Below the pieces are notes generated by a model, which was not told the DNA's origin, ran no database searches, and worked only from the letters and a program-made list of their open reading frames with translations. Shown here one piece after another: positions 34,767 to 45,033 of a DNA stretch of 64,000 nt; within the stretch, counting starts at the first letter, position 1; every line of letters starts with the position of its first letter. The stretch lies in the NCBI GenBank assembly GCA_039028435.1, contig JBCCIC010000011.1, positions 102,761-166,760 of the forward strand. The letters are read 5' to 3'. The position numbers were made by a program, and so were the translations under genes. This DNA is from Actinomycetota bacterium (GTDB lineage Bacteria; Actinomycetota; Acidimicrobiia; Acidimicrobiales; UBA10347).

Positions 34767-35866
34767 CTCGTTCCGGCGATCGCCGAGCGCACGCCCGCCG
34801 CAACCTGTTCGAGCTCCGACTCGGTCAGGAACGGGTGCACCGGAAGCGACACCACACCGGCCGCCGCGGCGGTGGCATTGGGCACCGGCGACTCGATGAC
34901 GCCGGGGTGGTCTCGGTAGCAGTCGTAGTCGTAGGCGACCTTGGGGTAGTAGATGCCGTGGCCGATCCCGGCCGCATCGAGTCCTGCGGTGAACTCGTCG
35001 CGAGAGACGGCCGCGTCGTCGGTCACCCGGACCGTGTACTGGTGCCACACGTGGCGGCGGCCGGCGGGTTCCGACGGCAGGACGAGCCCCTCCGCGTCGG
35101 CGAGCATCTCGTTGAGCGCAGTGGCATTGGCGGTCCGTGCCGCGGTGCGCTCTTCGATGACCGGAAGCTGAGCGACACCGACGGCAGCCTGCAGCTCGGT
35201 CATCCGCCAGTTGTGGCCGGCGACCTCGTACTGGTAGCGAGCCCGCATCCCCTGGTTCCGCAGCACGCGCAGACGATCAGCGAGGTCGTCGTCGTCGGTA
35301 GTGACTACCCCGCCCTCACCCGTCGTCAGGTTCTTGGTGGCGTAGAGCGAGAAGCAGCCGGTGCCAAAGCTCCCGGCTCGCTTGCCGCCGTACTCCGCCT
35401 TGACCGCCTGGGCGGCATCCTCGAGAAGCGCGACGCCACGATCCTCGGCCAGCTTCACGATCGGATCCATGTCCGCACACAACCCGTAGAGGTGCACCGG
35501 CATGACGCCCTTGGTGCGTTCGGTGATCGCCGCATCAAGCCGAGCCGGATCGATGTTGTAGTCGTCACCGATGTCGGCGAATCGGACCGTCGCGCCCGCT
35601 TCGAGAATGGCGTTGATCGTCGCGATGAACGTGAACGGCGACGTGATGATCTCGTCGCCTGGCTCGAGGTCGAGGGTCTCGACGGCGGCGACCAGTGCGA
35701 CCGTGCCGGACATGACGGCAATCGCATGCTTCGTGCCGGCGATCTCACAGAAGCCGGCTTCGAGCCGCTCGACCATCGGGCCCTGTGCGAGACGCCCGGA
35801 CTCGAGCACCTCCATCACGAGATCGGTCGCGCCCGGACCGAGATCAACCTTGGTGATCGGAATCAT
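34763..35866 (-). CDS. DegT/DnrJ/EryC1/StrS-family sugar aminotransferase (WbpE/WlbC-like)
   Basis: MIPITKVDLG...TSPFTFIATINAI...DAAQAV...FSLYATKNLTTGEGG, which carries the PLP-lysine motif. Start at ATG 35866. Confidence 0.88.
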   Translation of the reverse strand: MIPITKVDLGPGATDLVMEVLESGRLAQGPMVERLEAGFCEIAGTKHAIAVMSGTVALVAAVETLDLEPGDEIITSPFTFIATINAILEAGATVRFADIGDDYNIDPARLDAAITERTKGVMPVHLYGLCADMDPIVKLAEDRGVALLEDAAQAVKAEYGGKRAGSFGTGCFSLYATKNLTTGEGGVVTTDDDDLADRLRVLRNQGMRARYQYEVAGHNWRMTELQAAVGVAQLPVIEERTAARTANATALNEMLADAEGLVLPSEPAGRRHVWHQYTVRVTDDAAVSRDEFTAGLDAAGIGHGIYYPKVAYDYDCYRDHPGVIESPVPNATAAAAGVVSLPVHPFLTESELEQVAAGVRSAIAGTS

Positions 35867-35874
35867 GTGTTGCC

Positions 35875-36417
35875 TCAGGAGTCGTTTTGGAGAATGGAAC
35901 GATCGTCGGGAGGAGTCTCGCCGCGATGCACGGTATTGCCGCCACGGTCGACCCAACCGATGATCCGCGACGGGTTACCGACGACGAGCGCGTGGGCAGG
36001 AACGTCACCGACGACCACGGTGCCGGCGCCGATCATGGCCCAGTCACCGATCGTGGCCCCACAGACGATCGTCGAGTTCGCGCCGATGCCGACGCCGTTC
36101 CCCACGCGGGTCTCGGTGAGCTCCCAGTCGTCGGCGGAACGAGGCCGCAGGTCATTGGTGAAGCAGGCCGACGGCCCCACCATGATGTCGTCGCCGAGCA
36201 CCACACCGTGGAACAACGACACGTGGTTTTGGACCTTCACCCGATCACCTACGACCACGCCGGAGTCGATGTACACGCTCTTGCCGACGATGCAGTTCCG
36301 GCCCATCGTGGCCCCGGAACGCACGTGCGCGTGATGCCAGATTCGAGTTCCGGCGCCGAGCTCGGCGCCGTCCTCCACGATGGCCGTCTCGTGCACGAAT
36401 GGGGGGTCTTCTGCCAC
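35875..36417 (-). CDS. Left-handed beta-helix sugar N-acetyltransferase (WbpD/WlbB-like)
   Basis: Hexapeptide repeats IVEDGAELGAGTRIWHHAHVRSGATMGRNCIVGKSVYI...VGIGANSTIVCGATIGDWAMIGAGTVV. Start tentatively at GTG 36417. The track ORF continues to 36669 through the divergent promoter. Confidence 0.8.
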   Translation of the reverse strand: MAEDPPFVHETAIVEDGAELGAGTRIWHHAHVRSGATMGRNCIVGKSVYIDSGVVVGDRVKVQNHVSLFHGVVLGDDIMVGPSACFTNDLRPRSADDWELTETRVGNGVGIGANSTIVCGATIGDWAMIGAGTVVVGDVPAHALVVGNPSRIIGWVDRGGNTVHRGETPPDDRSILQNDS

Positions 36418-36487
36418 GACGGAGAGGTTACCGATGACCAGTGAGGTGTGGTGCGCTTTACAACCCTCGCTGGCTAGCGTTGAGTAG

Positions 36488-37486
36488 ATGACCGAGTTAC
36501 GTGCCGGGCTCGCTGGGCTCGGAATGATGGGCAAGAACCACGCCCGCATACTGCAATCCCTCGATGGTGTCGAATTGGTCGGAGCGGCCGACGCCGTGGG
36601 CGACGTCCACGGAGCGATGGGCGGCCTGCCGGTCTTCGACACGCTCGATGAACTGATCGCCCATGGCATCGACCTCTGCGTGGTTGCACTCCCAACCGAG
36701 GCTCACCTCGAGTCCGGTTTGGCACTCGCCGGGGCGGGCGTGCACGCATTGATCGAGAAGCCCCTCGCCATGGACGTCGCCGAGTGCGATCAACTGGTCG
36801 CGGCATTCGACTCGGCCGGCCTGATCGGTGCGGTAGGCCACATCGAGCGCTTCAACCCGGCGCTCCAAGCCATGCGGTCTCGGCTTGCCGCCGGCGACCT
36901 GGGAGATATCTACCAAATCGCGACCCGCCGCCAGGGGCCGTTCCCGAATCGCATCCGCGACGTCGGCGTGATCAAGGACCTCGCCACCCACGACATCGAC
37001 CTGACCGCGTGGGTTGCCGACTCGCCGTATGCCGACATCAGCGCCCGAGTCACCCACAAGAGTGGGCGAGCTCATGAGGACATGGTTGCGGCAACCGGCA
37101 CCCTCGCCACGGGTGTAATCACGAATCACCTCGTCAACTGGCTCAGCCCGCTCAAGGAGCGGATCACCATCGTCACCGGTGAGCGAGGCTGCTTCATCGG
37201 TGACACGCTGACCGCCGACCTGACGTTCTGCGCCAACGGTGAGGTCGCGACTGAGTGGGAGGCCATCGCCGCATTCCGAGGCGTGACGGAGGGCGATGTC
37301 ACGCGCTTCGCCATCCCCAAGCCCGAGCCGCTCCGCGTCGAACTCGAGGCGTTCCGCGACGGCATTCTGGACAAGCGCCACGACTACGTGCCGATGAGCG
37401 ACGGTCGACTCGCCGTTGCGGTCGCCGATGCGTGCATCGAGTCCGCAGCGTCACGTACTACCGAGCAGATCGAGGGGCTCTCATGA
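36488..37486 (+). CDS. Gfo/Idh/MocA-family oxidoreductase (WbpB/WlbA-like)
   Basis: LRAGLAGLGMMGKNHARIL...EKPLA (Rossmann plus EKP motif). Confidence 0.82.
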   Translation: MTELRAGLAGLGMMGKNHARILQSLDGVELVGAADAVGDVHGAMGGLPVFDTLDELIAHGIDLCVVALPTEAHLESGLALAGAGVHALIEKPLAMDVAECDQLVAAFDSAGLIGAVGHIERFNPALQAMRSRLAAGDLGDIYQIATRRQGPFPNRIRDVGVIKDLATHDIDLTAWVADSPYADISARVTHKSGRAHEDMVAATGTLATGVITNHLVNWLSPLKERITIVTGERGCFIGDTLTADLTFCANGEVATEWEAIAAFRGVTEGDVTRFAIPKPEPLRVELEAFRDGILDKRHDYVPMSDGRLAVAVADACIESAASRTTEQIEGLS

Positions 37487-38784
37487 AGACCTGTGTCGTC
37501 GGGATCGGCAAGCTGGGACTGCCGGTCGCCGTGCATATCGCCGGAATGGGCCACGAGGTCATCGGTGCCGACATCGATGAGCAACTGGTCGACAACGTCA
37601 ACCAGGGCATCGAGCCTTTCCCTGGGGAGCCGGAACTCGCCGGGCGCCTCGCCGACGTGCACGCCCGCGGACTCCTGTCGGCGACCACCGACACGGCCGC
37701 CGCGGTCGCCGAGTGCGACGCCGTCATCCTGCTCGTCGCCCTGATCGTCGGGCCGGACCGTGATCCGATCTTCACGGCGATGGACGCCGCCACGACGGCG
37801 ATCGGCGAGGGTCTGCGCCCCGGCACGCTCGTCTCGTACGAGACGACGCTCCCCGTCGGTACCGCACGCAATCGGTTTGCGCCTCGTCTCGAAGAGTTGT
37901 CGGGCCTGACCGTCGGCGAGGACCTGTTCGTCGTCCACTCGCCCGAGCGCGTGATGACCGGTCGAGTGTTCTCGGACCTACGCCGCTACCCGAAACTCGT
38001 CGGCGGCGTGACCGAGGCTTGCACCGACCAGGGGATGAAGTTCTACGAGACGATCCTCGAGTTCGACGACCGGCCGGACCTTCCGAAGCCGAACGGGGTC
38101 TGGCGCATGGCCAGCGTCGAGACGGCGGAGATGACCAAGCTGGCCGAGACCACGTATCGCAACGTCAACATCGGCCTCGCCAACGAGTACGCCCGGTTCG
38201 CCGAAGCCAACGGCATCAATGTCTACGACGTGATCGGCGCGGCGAATAGCCAGGTGTTCAGCCACATCCACCAGCCGGGTGCTTCGGTCGGGGGCCACTG
38301 CATCCCCGTCTACCCGCACCTCTACATGCTCAACGACACCGAGACCACGGTGCCGGTCGCGTCCGTCGCGGCGAACGAATCAATGCCGGCGCACATGGTC
38401 GACCTGCTCGAAACCGAACTCGGCGCATCGGTCGAGGGTGAGCGAGTGGCCGTACTCGGCCTCTGCTATCGCGGCGGCGCCAAGGAAGACGCATTCAGCG
38501 GCACCTACCCCCTGGCCGCCGAACTGGAGCGGCGCGGTGCAACCGCCCTCGTGCATGACCCGATGTACGACGACGACGAACTACGCGCCAAGGGTTTCAC
38601 CCCCTACGACGGCGGCGATGTCGTGGGTGCGGTCGTGCACACCGATCACGCGGAGTACCGATCGTTCGGGCCCTCGGACCTTCCGGGTGCTCGCGTGATC
38701 GTCGACGGTCGCAACATGCTCAGCGCGGGCGACTGGCCCGGCGTGTCGGTGCGTACCCTCGGCGTGGCACCCGAGCTTCGCTGA
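37483..38784 (+). CDS. UDP-N-acetyl-hexosamine 6-dehydrogenase (nucleotide-sugar dehydrogenase, WbpA/WecC-like)
   Basis: MKTCVVGIGKLGLPVAVHIA (GxGxxG) and catalytic-Cys motif GGHCIPVYP. ATGA overlap with the upstream gene. Confidence 0.85.
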   Translation: MKTCVVGIGKLGLPVAVHIAGMGHEVIGADIDEQLVDNVNQGIEPFPGEPELAGRLADVHARGLLSATTDTAAAVAECDAVILLVALIVGPDRDPIFTAMDAATTAIGEGLRPGTLVSYETTLPVGTARNRFAPRLEELSGLTVGEDLFVVHSPERVMTGRVFSDLRRYPKLVGGVTEACTDQGMKFYETILEFDDRPDLPKPNGVWRMASVETAEMTKLAETTYRNVNIGLANEYARFAEANGINVYDVIGAANSQVFSHIHQPGASVGGHCIPVYPHLYMLNDTETTVPVASVAANESMPAHMVDLLETELGASVEGERVAVLGLCYRGGAKEDAFSGTYPLAAELERRGATALVHDPMYDDDELRAKGFTPYDGGDVVGAVVHTDHAEYRSFGPSDLPGARVIVDGRNMLSAGDWPGVSVRTLGVAPELR

Positions 38785-38798
38785 GATCGTCACCGACC

Positions 38799-39938
38799 AT
38801 GGACGCCGACGCGCCGCTCGACGGCCTTCGTGTCCTCCATCTCTCCACCGTCCACATCGTCACCGACCCGCGCATCCGGCTCAAGGAGTGTCCAACGCTG
38901 ATCGAAGCGGGAGCGACGGTGAGATTCGTCGGGCGTGCGTCCGCCATCGAGGTCGAGAACGGCGTGGACGTGCGCACCCTTCCGGAGTACGAGCGCCGGT
39001 TCGACCGGGTCTGGAAGGGACAACGCGACGCGTTGCTCGCGACCCGACAGTTCGAGCCGGACGTCATCCACTTCCACGATCCCGAGCTCCTGCTGATCGC
39101 GCCTCTGTTGCGGAGAATTGCGCCGGTCGTCATCTACGACGTGCACGAGTCGCTGCCCGATCTTGTGCTCGACCGCGAGTGGATTCCCGGTTGGGCGCGC
39201 AAGGCGGTCGGTCGGCTGTGCGGGTTTCTGGAGCCGCTGTTCGCGCGGGCGTGTTCGGCGTATGTCTTCGTCGACGCACGCTGGGCGCCACGGTTCGCCG
39301 AGCGTCCGTGGATCGAGCTGCGCAATCCACCGCTCGCCGACGAGTTCGTCCCGGTCGAGCGCTCCGTGCCACCCGATCCACCGCACTTCGTCTACGTCGG
39401 TGAACTGTTGCCCGAGCGAGGCGTGCACAGTGCCGTGCGAGCCGTCACGGCGATGGAGACCGACACACGACTCACGCTGGCGGGTCCGTGCCCGCCGGCA
39501 CTCGCCGACGAATTGCAAGCACTGGACACCAAGGGGCGCATGTCACTCCCGGGCCTCATCGATCGTCCGACCGTCGGCGACCTGCTGGCAAACGCGACCG
39601 CCGGGCTCGTGCTCTTCGAGCCGGTTCCCGCCTATGACGGCGCAATCGCCACCAAAATTCACGAGTACCTCGGCGCAGGATTGCCGCTCGTACTGTCGGA
39701 GACCACGGCCCATCGCCGGATCGCCGACGAGACCGGCGCAGCAATCGTCGTGCCGTACGACGACATCGGCGCGTTGCGCTCAGCGATGTCCACGTTGACC
39801 GCCGACGAGGGCTGTCGAACGGCGCTCGTCGCGGCGGCAAGCGAGGCCGCGGCGAGGGCGACGACCTGGCGGGACGTCCAGTCGTCTTTGATCGATCTGT
39901 ATCGGCAGATACATCAGATCGCTCGAACAGCCTCGTAG
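38799..39938 (+). CDS. GT-B fold (GT4-like) glycosyltransferase
   Basis: LRVLHLSTVH N-terminus. C-terminus KIHEYLGAGLPLVLS is an E-x7-E-like region. Confidence 0.75.
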   Translation: MDADAPLDGLRVLHLSTVHIVTDPRIRLKECPTLIEAGATVRFVGRASAIEVENGVDVRTLPEYERRFDRVWKGQRDALLATRQFEPDVIHFHDPELLLIAPLLRRIAPVVIYDVHESLPDLVLDREWIPGWARKAVGRLCGFLEPLFARACSAYVFVDARWAPRFAERPWIELRNPPLADEFVPVERSVPPDPPHFVYVGELLPERGVHSAVRAVTAMETDTRLTLAGPCPPALADELQALDTKGRMSLPGLIDRPTVGDLLANATAGLVLFEPVPAYDGAIATKIHEYLGAGLPLVLSETTAHRRIADETGAAIVVPYDDIGALRSAMSTLTADEGCRTALVAAASEAAARATTWRDVQSSLIDLYRQIHQIARTAS

Positions 39939-39948
39939 GCTCCAGGAC

Positions 39949-41898
39949 GTGCTTGAGCCCACTGATCTCGGGCTCTTGACGGACCTGGAGCCTGGGTTCT
40001 CGCAGGAACCGACCGTCGAGCGCCTACGCGAATGGACCGCGCAACGTGGGCGACCCCTCCGGGTCCTGCACATCGGCAACATCGCCAACAACGGGTACAA
40101 CAACGCCAAGATGCTCGACGCGGCGGGTGTCCACGCGGATGTGATCGCGTACGACTACTACCACATCATGGGCTGCCCCGAATGGGAGGACGCCGACATC
40201 CGCGGTGAGATCGCCGACGACATGAATCCGGATTGGTGGTCGGTCGACCTCGGTGGATTCGAACGACCACCCTGGTTCGCGCAAGGACCGCGATCCCTCT
40301 GCACGCGCTATCTGCGGTCCCGGTTCTCCGACGACGAGACCGCCACCAGTCGCGCAGCCCAGACGCTCGAGGCGAGCCGCTATGGCCATGCGCAGACCGC
40401 CAAATCGGGCACGGTCGGCACGCTCTGGTACCAACGACACCGCATCCCCAACGCTGTCGCGTGGCGAAGCAACGCGCTCGCACATCGTGCACTGGCGCCA
40501 CTCGACGCGCGGCGCCGCGCCAGCATCGTGGCATGGGCGTGGCGCCAATCGAGGTCGCGGTGGACCCAGCGCATCGCCCACGCCCGCTGGCGCGCCCAAC
40601 GGGCTGTCTTCTTCGCGCGGCGCGGTTTGGCAGGCGCGCCGGCCGAGGAGGTCAGATCACTACCCGTGTGGGCACCTCGACGCGTCCACAATGCGATCGC
40701 GTGGCGATCACGGCTGGCCGCGGCCCGGGTTCGGGACACGATCCTCGGTCCGCAGCAAATCGCCGAGCCAGCTCCAACCGCCGCAGACGACGTGCCGCAG
40801 CCGGAGCACACCGAGCGTCACCACGACCCAGCTCCCACCCGCGGTCCGCGTGCGATCCTTGCTCGACGACGAGCAGACCGCGACGCGCGAATCGAGGCCG
40901 CACACGCTGAGCTCGAGTGGTTCGACGCCCGGTGCGCCGAGTTGATCCACGACTTCGACGAGCGCTTTCCCGACCGGATCGATCGGCTCACGCCGGACGA
41001 CTTCGCCACCTACCGCTGGGCCCTCGCCGACTGGATGGAGACGTTCGCCCACTACGACCTGATCGAGGCCTACAGCACGGATCCCATCCTGGCGATGATC
41101 GCGGGCACCAGGCCCTATGTCGCGTACGAGCACGGCACGATCCGCGAGATTCCGTTCGAAGACTCTGCCGTCGGGCGTTTGACTGCGCTTGCGTATGCCC
41201 GTGCCGACGCCGTAGTCATCACCAACCCGGACTGTCGAGCGGCAGCCGAGCGACTGGGATGCACCGACTACCGGTTCATCCCGCACCTCATCGACCGCAA
41301 GTACTACGACGAGAACTCCGCTGTGGCCCGGCCCCTCCCCGACGGGGTGCGCGAGCCCTACGTGTTCTGCCCCGCTCGCCAACACTGGGACGTCAAGGGC
41401 AACGACATCGCCCTGCGCGCGTTCGCCCGCATCGCCCACGACAACGAGGACATGCAGCTGGTGATCTCCTCGTGGGGACCCGATGTCGACAAGAGCCGAG
41501 CCTTGCTCGAGGAGCTCGGTGTGCTGGACCGCGTCCAGATGATCTCCCCCCTCCGCATCCGCGACCTGATCGCCGTCACGCGGCGAGCGAGCGTTCTGAT
41601 CGATCAATTTCACTTCGCCGTCTTCGGCGGCATCGGCCCGACCGCACTGGCCTGCGGAACGCCGCTGGTGACGAACCTCGATCACGAGCTGTCCTCGTGG
41701 TGCATGGAGCGACCGCCGTACTTCCACGCCGACGATGTCGCGTCGTGCACCGAGGCCCTCGAGGCAGCACTCCGCGTCGACCCGGCTGCGCACGCCACCG
41801 AGCAGCTGGACTGGATGCAGGGCAACTACTGGTATGGCGAGGTCGCCGTCGGCCACATTGCGGCCTACCTCGATCTGTTGGATCGAGGCGCCGAGTAG
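39949..41898 (+). CDS. GT-B-like glycosyltransferase paralogue with an Arg/Trp-rich insertion of about 250 aa
   Basis: N-terminus LRVLHIGNIANNGYNNAKML. C-terminus VLIDQFHFAVFGGIGPTALACGTPLV resembles the products of 43016.. and 45034... The insertion contains NAVAWRSNALAHRA and NAIAWRSRLAAARV. Confidence 0.6.
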   Translation: MLEPTDLGLLTDLEPGFSQEPTVERLREWTAQRGRPLRVLHIGNIANNGYNNAKMLDAAGVHADVIAYDYYHIMGCPEWEDADIRGEIADDMNPDWWSVDLGGFERPPWFAQGPRSLCTRYLRSRFSDDETATSRAAQTLEASRYGHAQTAKSGTVGTLWYQRHRIPNAVAWRSNALAHRALAPLDARRRASIVAWAWRQSRSRWTQRIAHARWRAQRAVFFARRGLAGAPAEEVRSLPVWAPRRVHNAIAWRSRLAAARVRDTILGPQQIAEPAPTAADDVPQPEHTERHHDPAPTRGPRAILARRRADRDARIEAAHAELEWFDARCAELIHDFDERFPDRIDRLTPDDFATYRWALADWMETFAHYDLIEAYSTDPILAMIAGTRPYVAYEHGTIREIPFEDSAVGRLTALAYARADAVVITNPDCRAAAERLGCTDYRFIPHLIDRKYYDENSAVARPLPDGVREPYVFCPARQHWDVKGNDIALRAFARIAHDNEDMQLVISSWGPDVDKSRALLEELGVLDRVQMISPLRIRDLIAVTRRASVLIDQFHFAVFGGIGPTALACGTPLVTNLDHELSSWCMERPPYFHADDVASCTEALEAALRVDPAAHATEQLDWMQGNYWYGEVAVGHIAAYLDLLDRGAE

Positions 41899-41909
41899 CC
41901 TGACCCACG

Positions 41910-43019
41910 ATGAAAGAACAGCTCCTCGACGACCTCGTCGACCCGATCACCCAAACCGCGCTCGAAGCCGAGGTTCTGGAGCGAGACGGCGACGACATCG
42001 TCGAAGGCGTGCTCCGAAGCGCGACCGACTGGTACCCGATCTCCGAGGGCGTACCCCGCGTGATGAGCGGCTCGCTCCGAGGCGACTTCGGCGACTTCGC
42101 CCAGCGCCATGGGCTCGATCTCGGCGCCGACGCGCCCTCGCGCTCCCAGGACGAGACCAACAAGACGTTCAGCGACAAGTGGCGTCGTTTCACGAACTAC
42201 GGATTCGAGCCGCAGCACGGCGAGTTCCTCACCGGTTGGTACGTCGAGAAGCTTGGCGTTGCCGACGAAACGGCATTGCAGGAGTTCTACCGAGGCAAGT
42301 CGCGTATCCTCGAGCTCGGCCCTGGCTCAGGATTCAATACCGCCTACATGGCTGAGCACTGCTCTGGTTCGGTGACCGCGGTCGACATCAGCGAAGCTGC
42401 TGACACCGTCTACCGGAATGTCGGTGACACGGAGAACATCCACGTCATCCAGGCCGACCTGATGAACGTGCCGATCGCCGATGGCACCTTCGACTTCGCG
42501 ATCGCCGACGGTGTGCTCCACCACACACCGAGCACCCGGGCTGCGATCGAAGCGGTGTACCAAAAGCTCGCTCCGGGCGGCGAGTTCTTCTTCTACGTGT
42601 ACCGAAAGATGGGCGCCGCCCGCTATTTCGTCGACCAACACATCCGGTCCGAGTTCATGCCGCTCGATCCCGACGATTGCTACGACGCCTGCCAGGGGAT
42701 CACCGAGCTCGGACGCGAGCTCAGCGCCCTCAACGCGACGATCACCCTCGAGCACGGTATTCCCGCGCTCGGCATTCCCGCGGGCACCCACGATGTGCAG
42801 CGACTCGTTTACTACAACTTCATGAAGTGCTTCTGGAACGACGCGTTCGACTGGGAGACCAACAACATGGTCAACTTCGACTGGTACCACCCGCACGACG
42901 CATGGCAACAGTCCGAGGAAGAGGTTCGGGAGTGGGTAACCGAGATGGGCGCGACGAACATCCGGTTCAACCCGTCCAACCCGAACGGCATCTGTTGCTT
43001 GATCCAGAAGCCTGAATGA
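41910..43019 (+). CDS. Class I SAM-dependent methyltransferase with a Trm112-like N-terminal segment
   Basis: LVDPITQTALE...WYPISEGVPRVM (Trm112/zinc-ribbon-like, but without the Cys pairs). SAM motif I ILELGPGSGFNT, and post-I VTAVDIS. Confidence 0.8.
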   Translation: MKEQLLDDLVDPITQTALEAEVLERDGDDIVEGVLRSATDWYPISEGVPRVMSGSLRGDFGDFAQRHGLDLGADAPSRSQDETNKTFSDKWRRFTNYGFEPQHGEFLTGWYVEKLGVADETALQEFYRGKSRILELGPGSGFNTAYMAEHCSGSVTAVDISEAADTVYRNVGDTENIHVIQADLMNVPIADGTFDFAIADGVLHHTPSTRAAIEAVYQKLAPGGEFFFYVYRKMGAARYFVDQHIRSEFMPLDPDDCYDACQGITELGRELSALNATITLEHGIPALGIPAGTHDVQRLVYYNFMKCFWNDAFDWETNNMVNFDWYHPHDAWQQSEEEVREWVTEMGATNIRFNPSNPNGICCLIQKPE

Positions 43020-44176
43020 ACCTGCGGTCGGTCGCGCATCGTGCCCTATTCCAAGTGCCACGATTCGCCTCGCTGCTCCGGCGGCGGGCCGCCTTCCGAC
43101 GAAGCCTCTGGACCGGACCGGCAATCCACACCCTCGCCACCAAGGCGCGCGCCCAGGCGACCGTCGGCGTCCACGCCGACTCGTTGGTGCTGCACCGGTA
43201 CAGCATCCGCGCCGGGTTCACCTACGACTTGACCCGCGCCACCGCGATCCCACTCGTCGGCAAGGTCTTGCCGTACTTCGTGCTGGCTTGGGCCATGCTG
43301 CGTTACTCCGAATTCCACGTCTTCTACAACCGCGGGGTCCTGCCCCAGATGGTTCCCGGTCGCTTCAACGAGGACGAGCTCAGCCTGTTGCGCGATCGCG
43401 GCATCGAGGTCTACTTCTGGGCGTACGGCGCGGACGTGCGCACCCGCGATGCAACCCTCGCCCTCGGGTCGCCGAACTGCTGCGAGCGTTGCCCCGAGAT
43501 CGGTGCGTTCTGCGTGTGTGACGAACGCACCGGTCACGAGAACATCCTCTTCATCACCTCGAAGGCCAGCGGATGCGCCACGATGGGCGACATGGCGCTC
43601 TACACCCCCGCGGCCGACGCCTCCGTCTACTACTGGCCGGTCGATCTCGCCGAGGCCGATGGTCACCGCTTCCGGGTGCTGGCGCCCGAGCACCGAGCCG
43701 AGCTCGATGAGATCGTCGTCGCCCATGCGCCGAACAATCCGACGCTCAAGGGGACGGCCCATCTCGAAGCCGCGGTCGAAACGCTGCGATCCGAGGGGGT
43801 GCGGGTGCGACTCGACCTCGTGTCCGGTGTCGACAATGACACGGTGCTCGACCGATTTCGCCGAGCCGACATCGTGTTCGACCAGTGTGTCGTCGGGTTC
43901 CATGGATATACGAGCCTCGAGGCGATGGCGGTCGGTCGACCCGTCCTGTGTTTCCTGCGCGACCCCGCACGGGATCTCGCCGAACCCGATGCTTGCCCGA
44001 TCGTGAACATCACCCCGTCAACGTTGACCGCGACCCTGCGCGAGCTCTGCCTCGACAGCGAGCGGCGCCGCCAGCTCGGCGAACAAGGACGCCGTTACAT
44101 CGAGCTCCACCACTCCCTCGACGCCGTCGGACACCGCATCGAACAGTTCATCGCCACCCAACAGGAGGCCTCGTGA
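43016..44176 (+). CDS. GT-B-like glycosyltransferase paralogue carrying a Cys cluster
   Basis: C-terminus VVAHAPNNPTLKGTAHL...IVFDQCVVGFHGYTSLEAMAVGRPVL aligns by eye with the 45034.. product. It has a unique CCERCPEIGAFCVCDE motif. Confidence 0.6.
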   Translation: MNLRSVAHRALFQVPRFASLLRRRAAFRRSLWTGPAIHTLATKARAQATVGVHADSLVLHRYSIRAGFTYDLTRATAIPLVGKVLPYFVLAWAMLRYSEFHVFYNRGVLPQMVPGRFNEDELSLLRDRGIEVYFWAYGADVRTRDATLALGSPNCCERCPEIGAFCVCDERTGHENILFITSKASGCATMGDMALYTPAADASVYYWPVDLAEADGHRFRVLAPEHRAELDEIVVAHAPNNPTLKGTAHLEAAVETLRSEGVRVRLDLVSGVDNDTVLDRFRRADIVFDQCVVGFHGYTSLEAMAVGRPVLCFLRDPARDLAEPDACPIVNITPSTLTATLRELCLDSERRRQLGEQGRRYIELHHSLDAVGHRIEQFIATQQEAS

Positions 44177-45030
44177 CGAACCCTCAGCGGATCGCCATCG
44201 TCGGCGCTCGCAGCTTCATCGGTACGCATCTCGCCGAGGCGGCTTCGGCCGCCGGGCACACCGTCGAGGCACTCACTCGGGAGGACTTCGATGCGACCGA
44301 CCCCGATGCGACCTTTGCACCGGGTACGGACATCGTCGTGTTCCTCGCGCAAGACCGCAGCTACACCAGCTTCGACGCCCCTGCGCTCGGCGTCTTCGCC
44401 GTCAACACCGTGGGGGTGCTCAACGCCGCCATCAAGGCGCACCAGGTCGGCGCCCGCGGGCTGATCTACACCAGCACCGGAAACGTCTACCGGCCATCCT
44501 TCGAGCCCCTCGCCGAACACGCGCCGCTGGCCCGAAGCGACATCTACTCGACCAGCAAGATCTTCGCCGAGCAGATTCTCGACCTCGTCCCCGATGATCT
44601 CGCCGTCGTCTGTCCCCGACTGTTCGGAGCCTATGGACCGAACCAAACGATCGGCCTGCTCGCCGGCCTGACCGGAAGGATCCGCAACGGCACCCCGGTA
44701 ACCCTGCAGCCACGGACCCACGGGACACCCGACGGCGGCTTCCGGGCTTCGCTCACCCATGTCGATGACGTCGCCGCCGGCCTGCTCGAGCTGGCCAACC
44801 GACTCGGCCACGAACCACTCCCCCGAACCATCAACCTCGCCGCGCTCGAACCGGCATCGATCGAAGACGTCGCGCGAGCGATCGGCGGCGCGGTCGGGAT
44901 CGAGCCGATCATCGAAGACGCCGATTCGCCGCGAGCCTTCGACCTGATCGCCGATACGACACTGATGGTCGAGACCCTCACGACATCCTTCCGCTCCATC
45001 GCAACGGGAATCCCCGACTCGTTTCGCTGA
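44173..45030 (+). CDS. NAD-dependent epimerase/dehydratase (SDR) family protein
   Basis: GTG start overlaps the upstream stop (GTGA), with AGGAGG at 44164-44169. RIAIVGARSFIGTHLA (GxxGxxG) and YSTSK (YxxxK). Confidence 0.8.
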   Translation: MTNPQRIAIVGARSFIGTHLAEAASAAGHTVEALTREDFDATDPDATFAPGTDIVVFLAQDRSYTSFDAPALGVFAVNTVGVLNAAIKAHQVGARGLIYTSTGNVYRPSFEPLAEHAPLARSDIYSTSKIFAEQILDLVPDDLAVVCPRLFGAYGPNQTIGLLAGLTGRIRNGTPVTLQPRTHGTPDGGFRASLTHVDDVAAGLLELANRLGHEPLPRTINLAALEPASIEDVARAIGGAVGIEPIIEDADSPRAFDLIADTTLMVETLTTSFRSIATGIPDSFR

Positions 45031-45033
45031 GCC

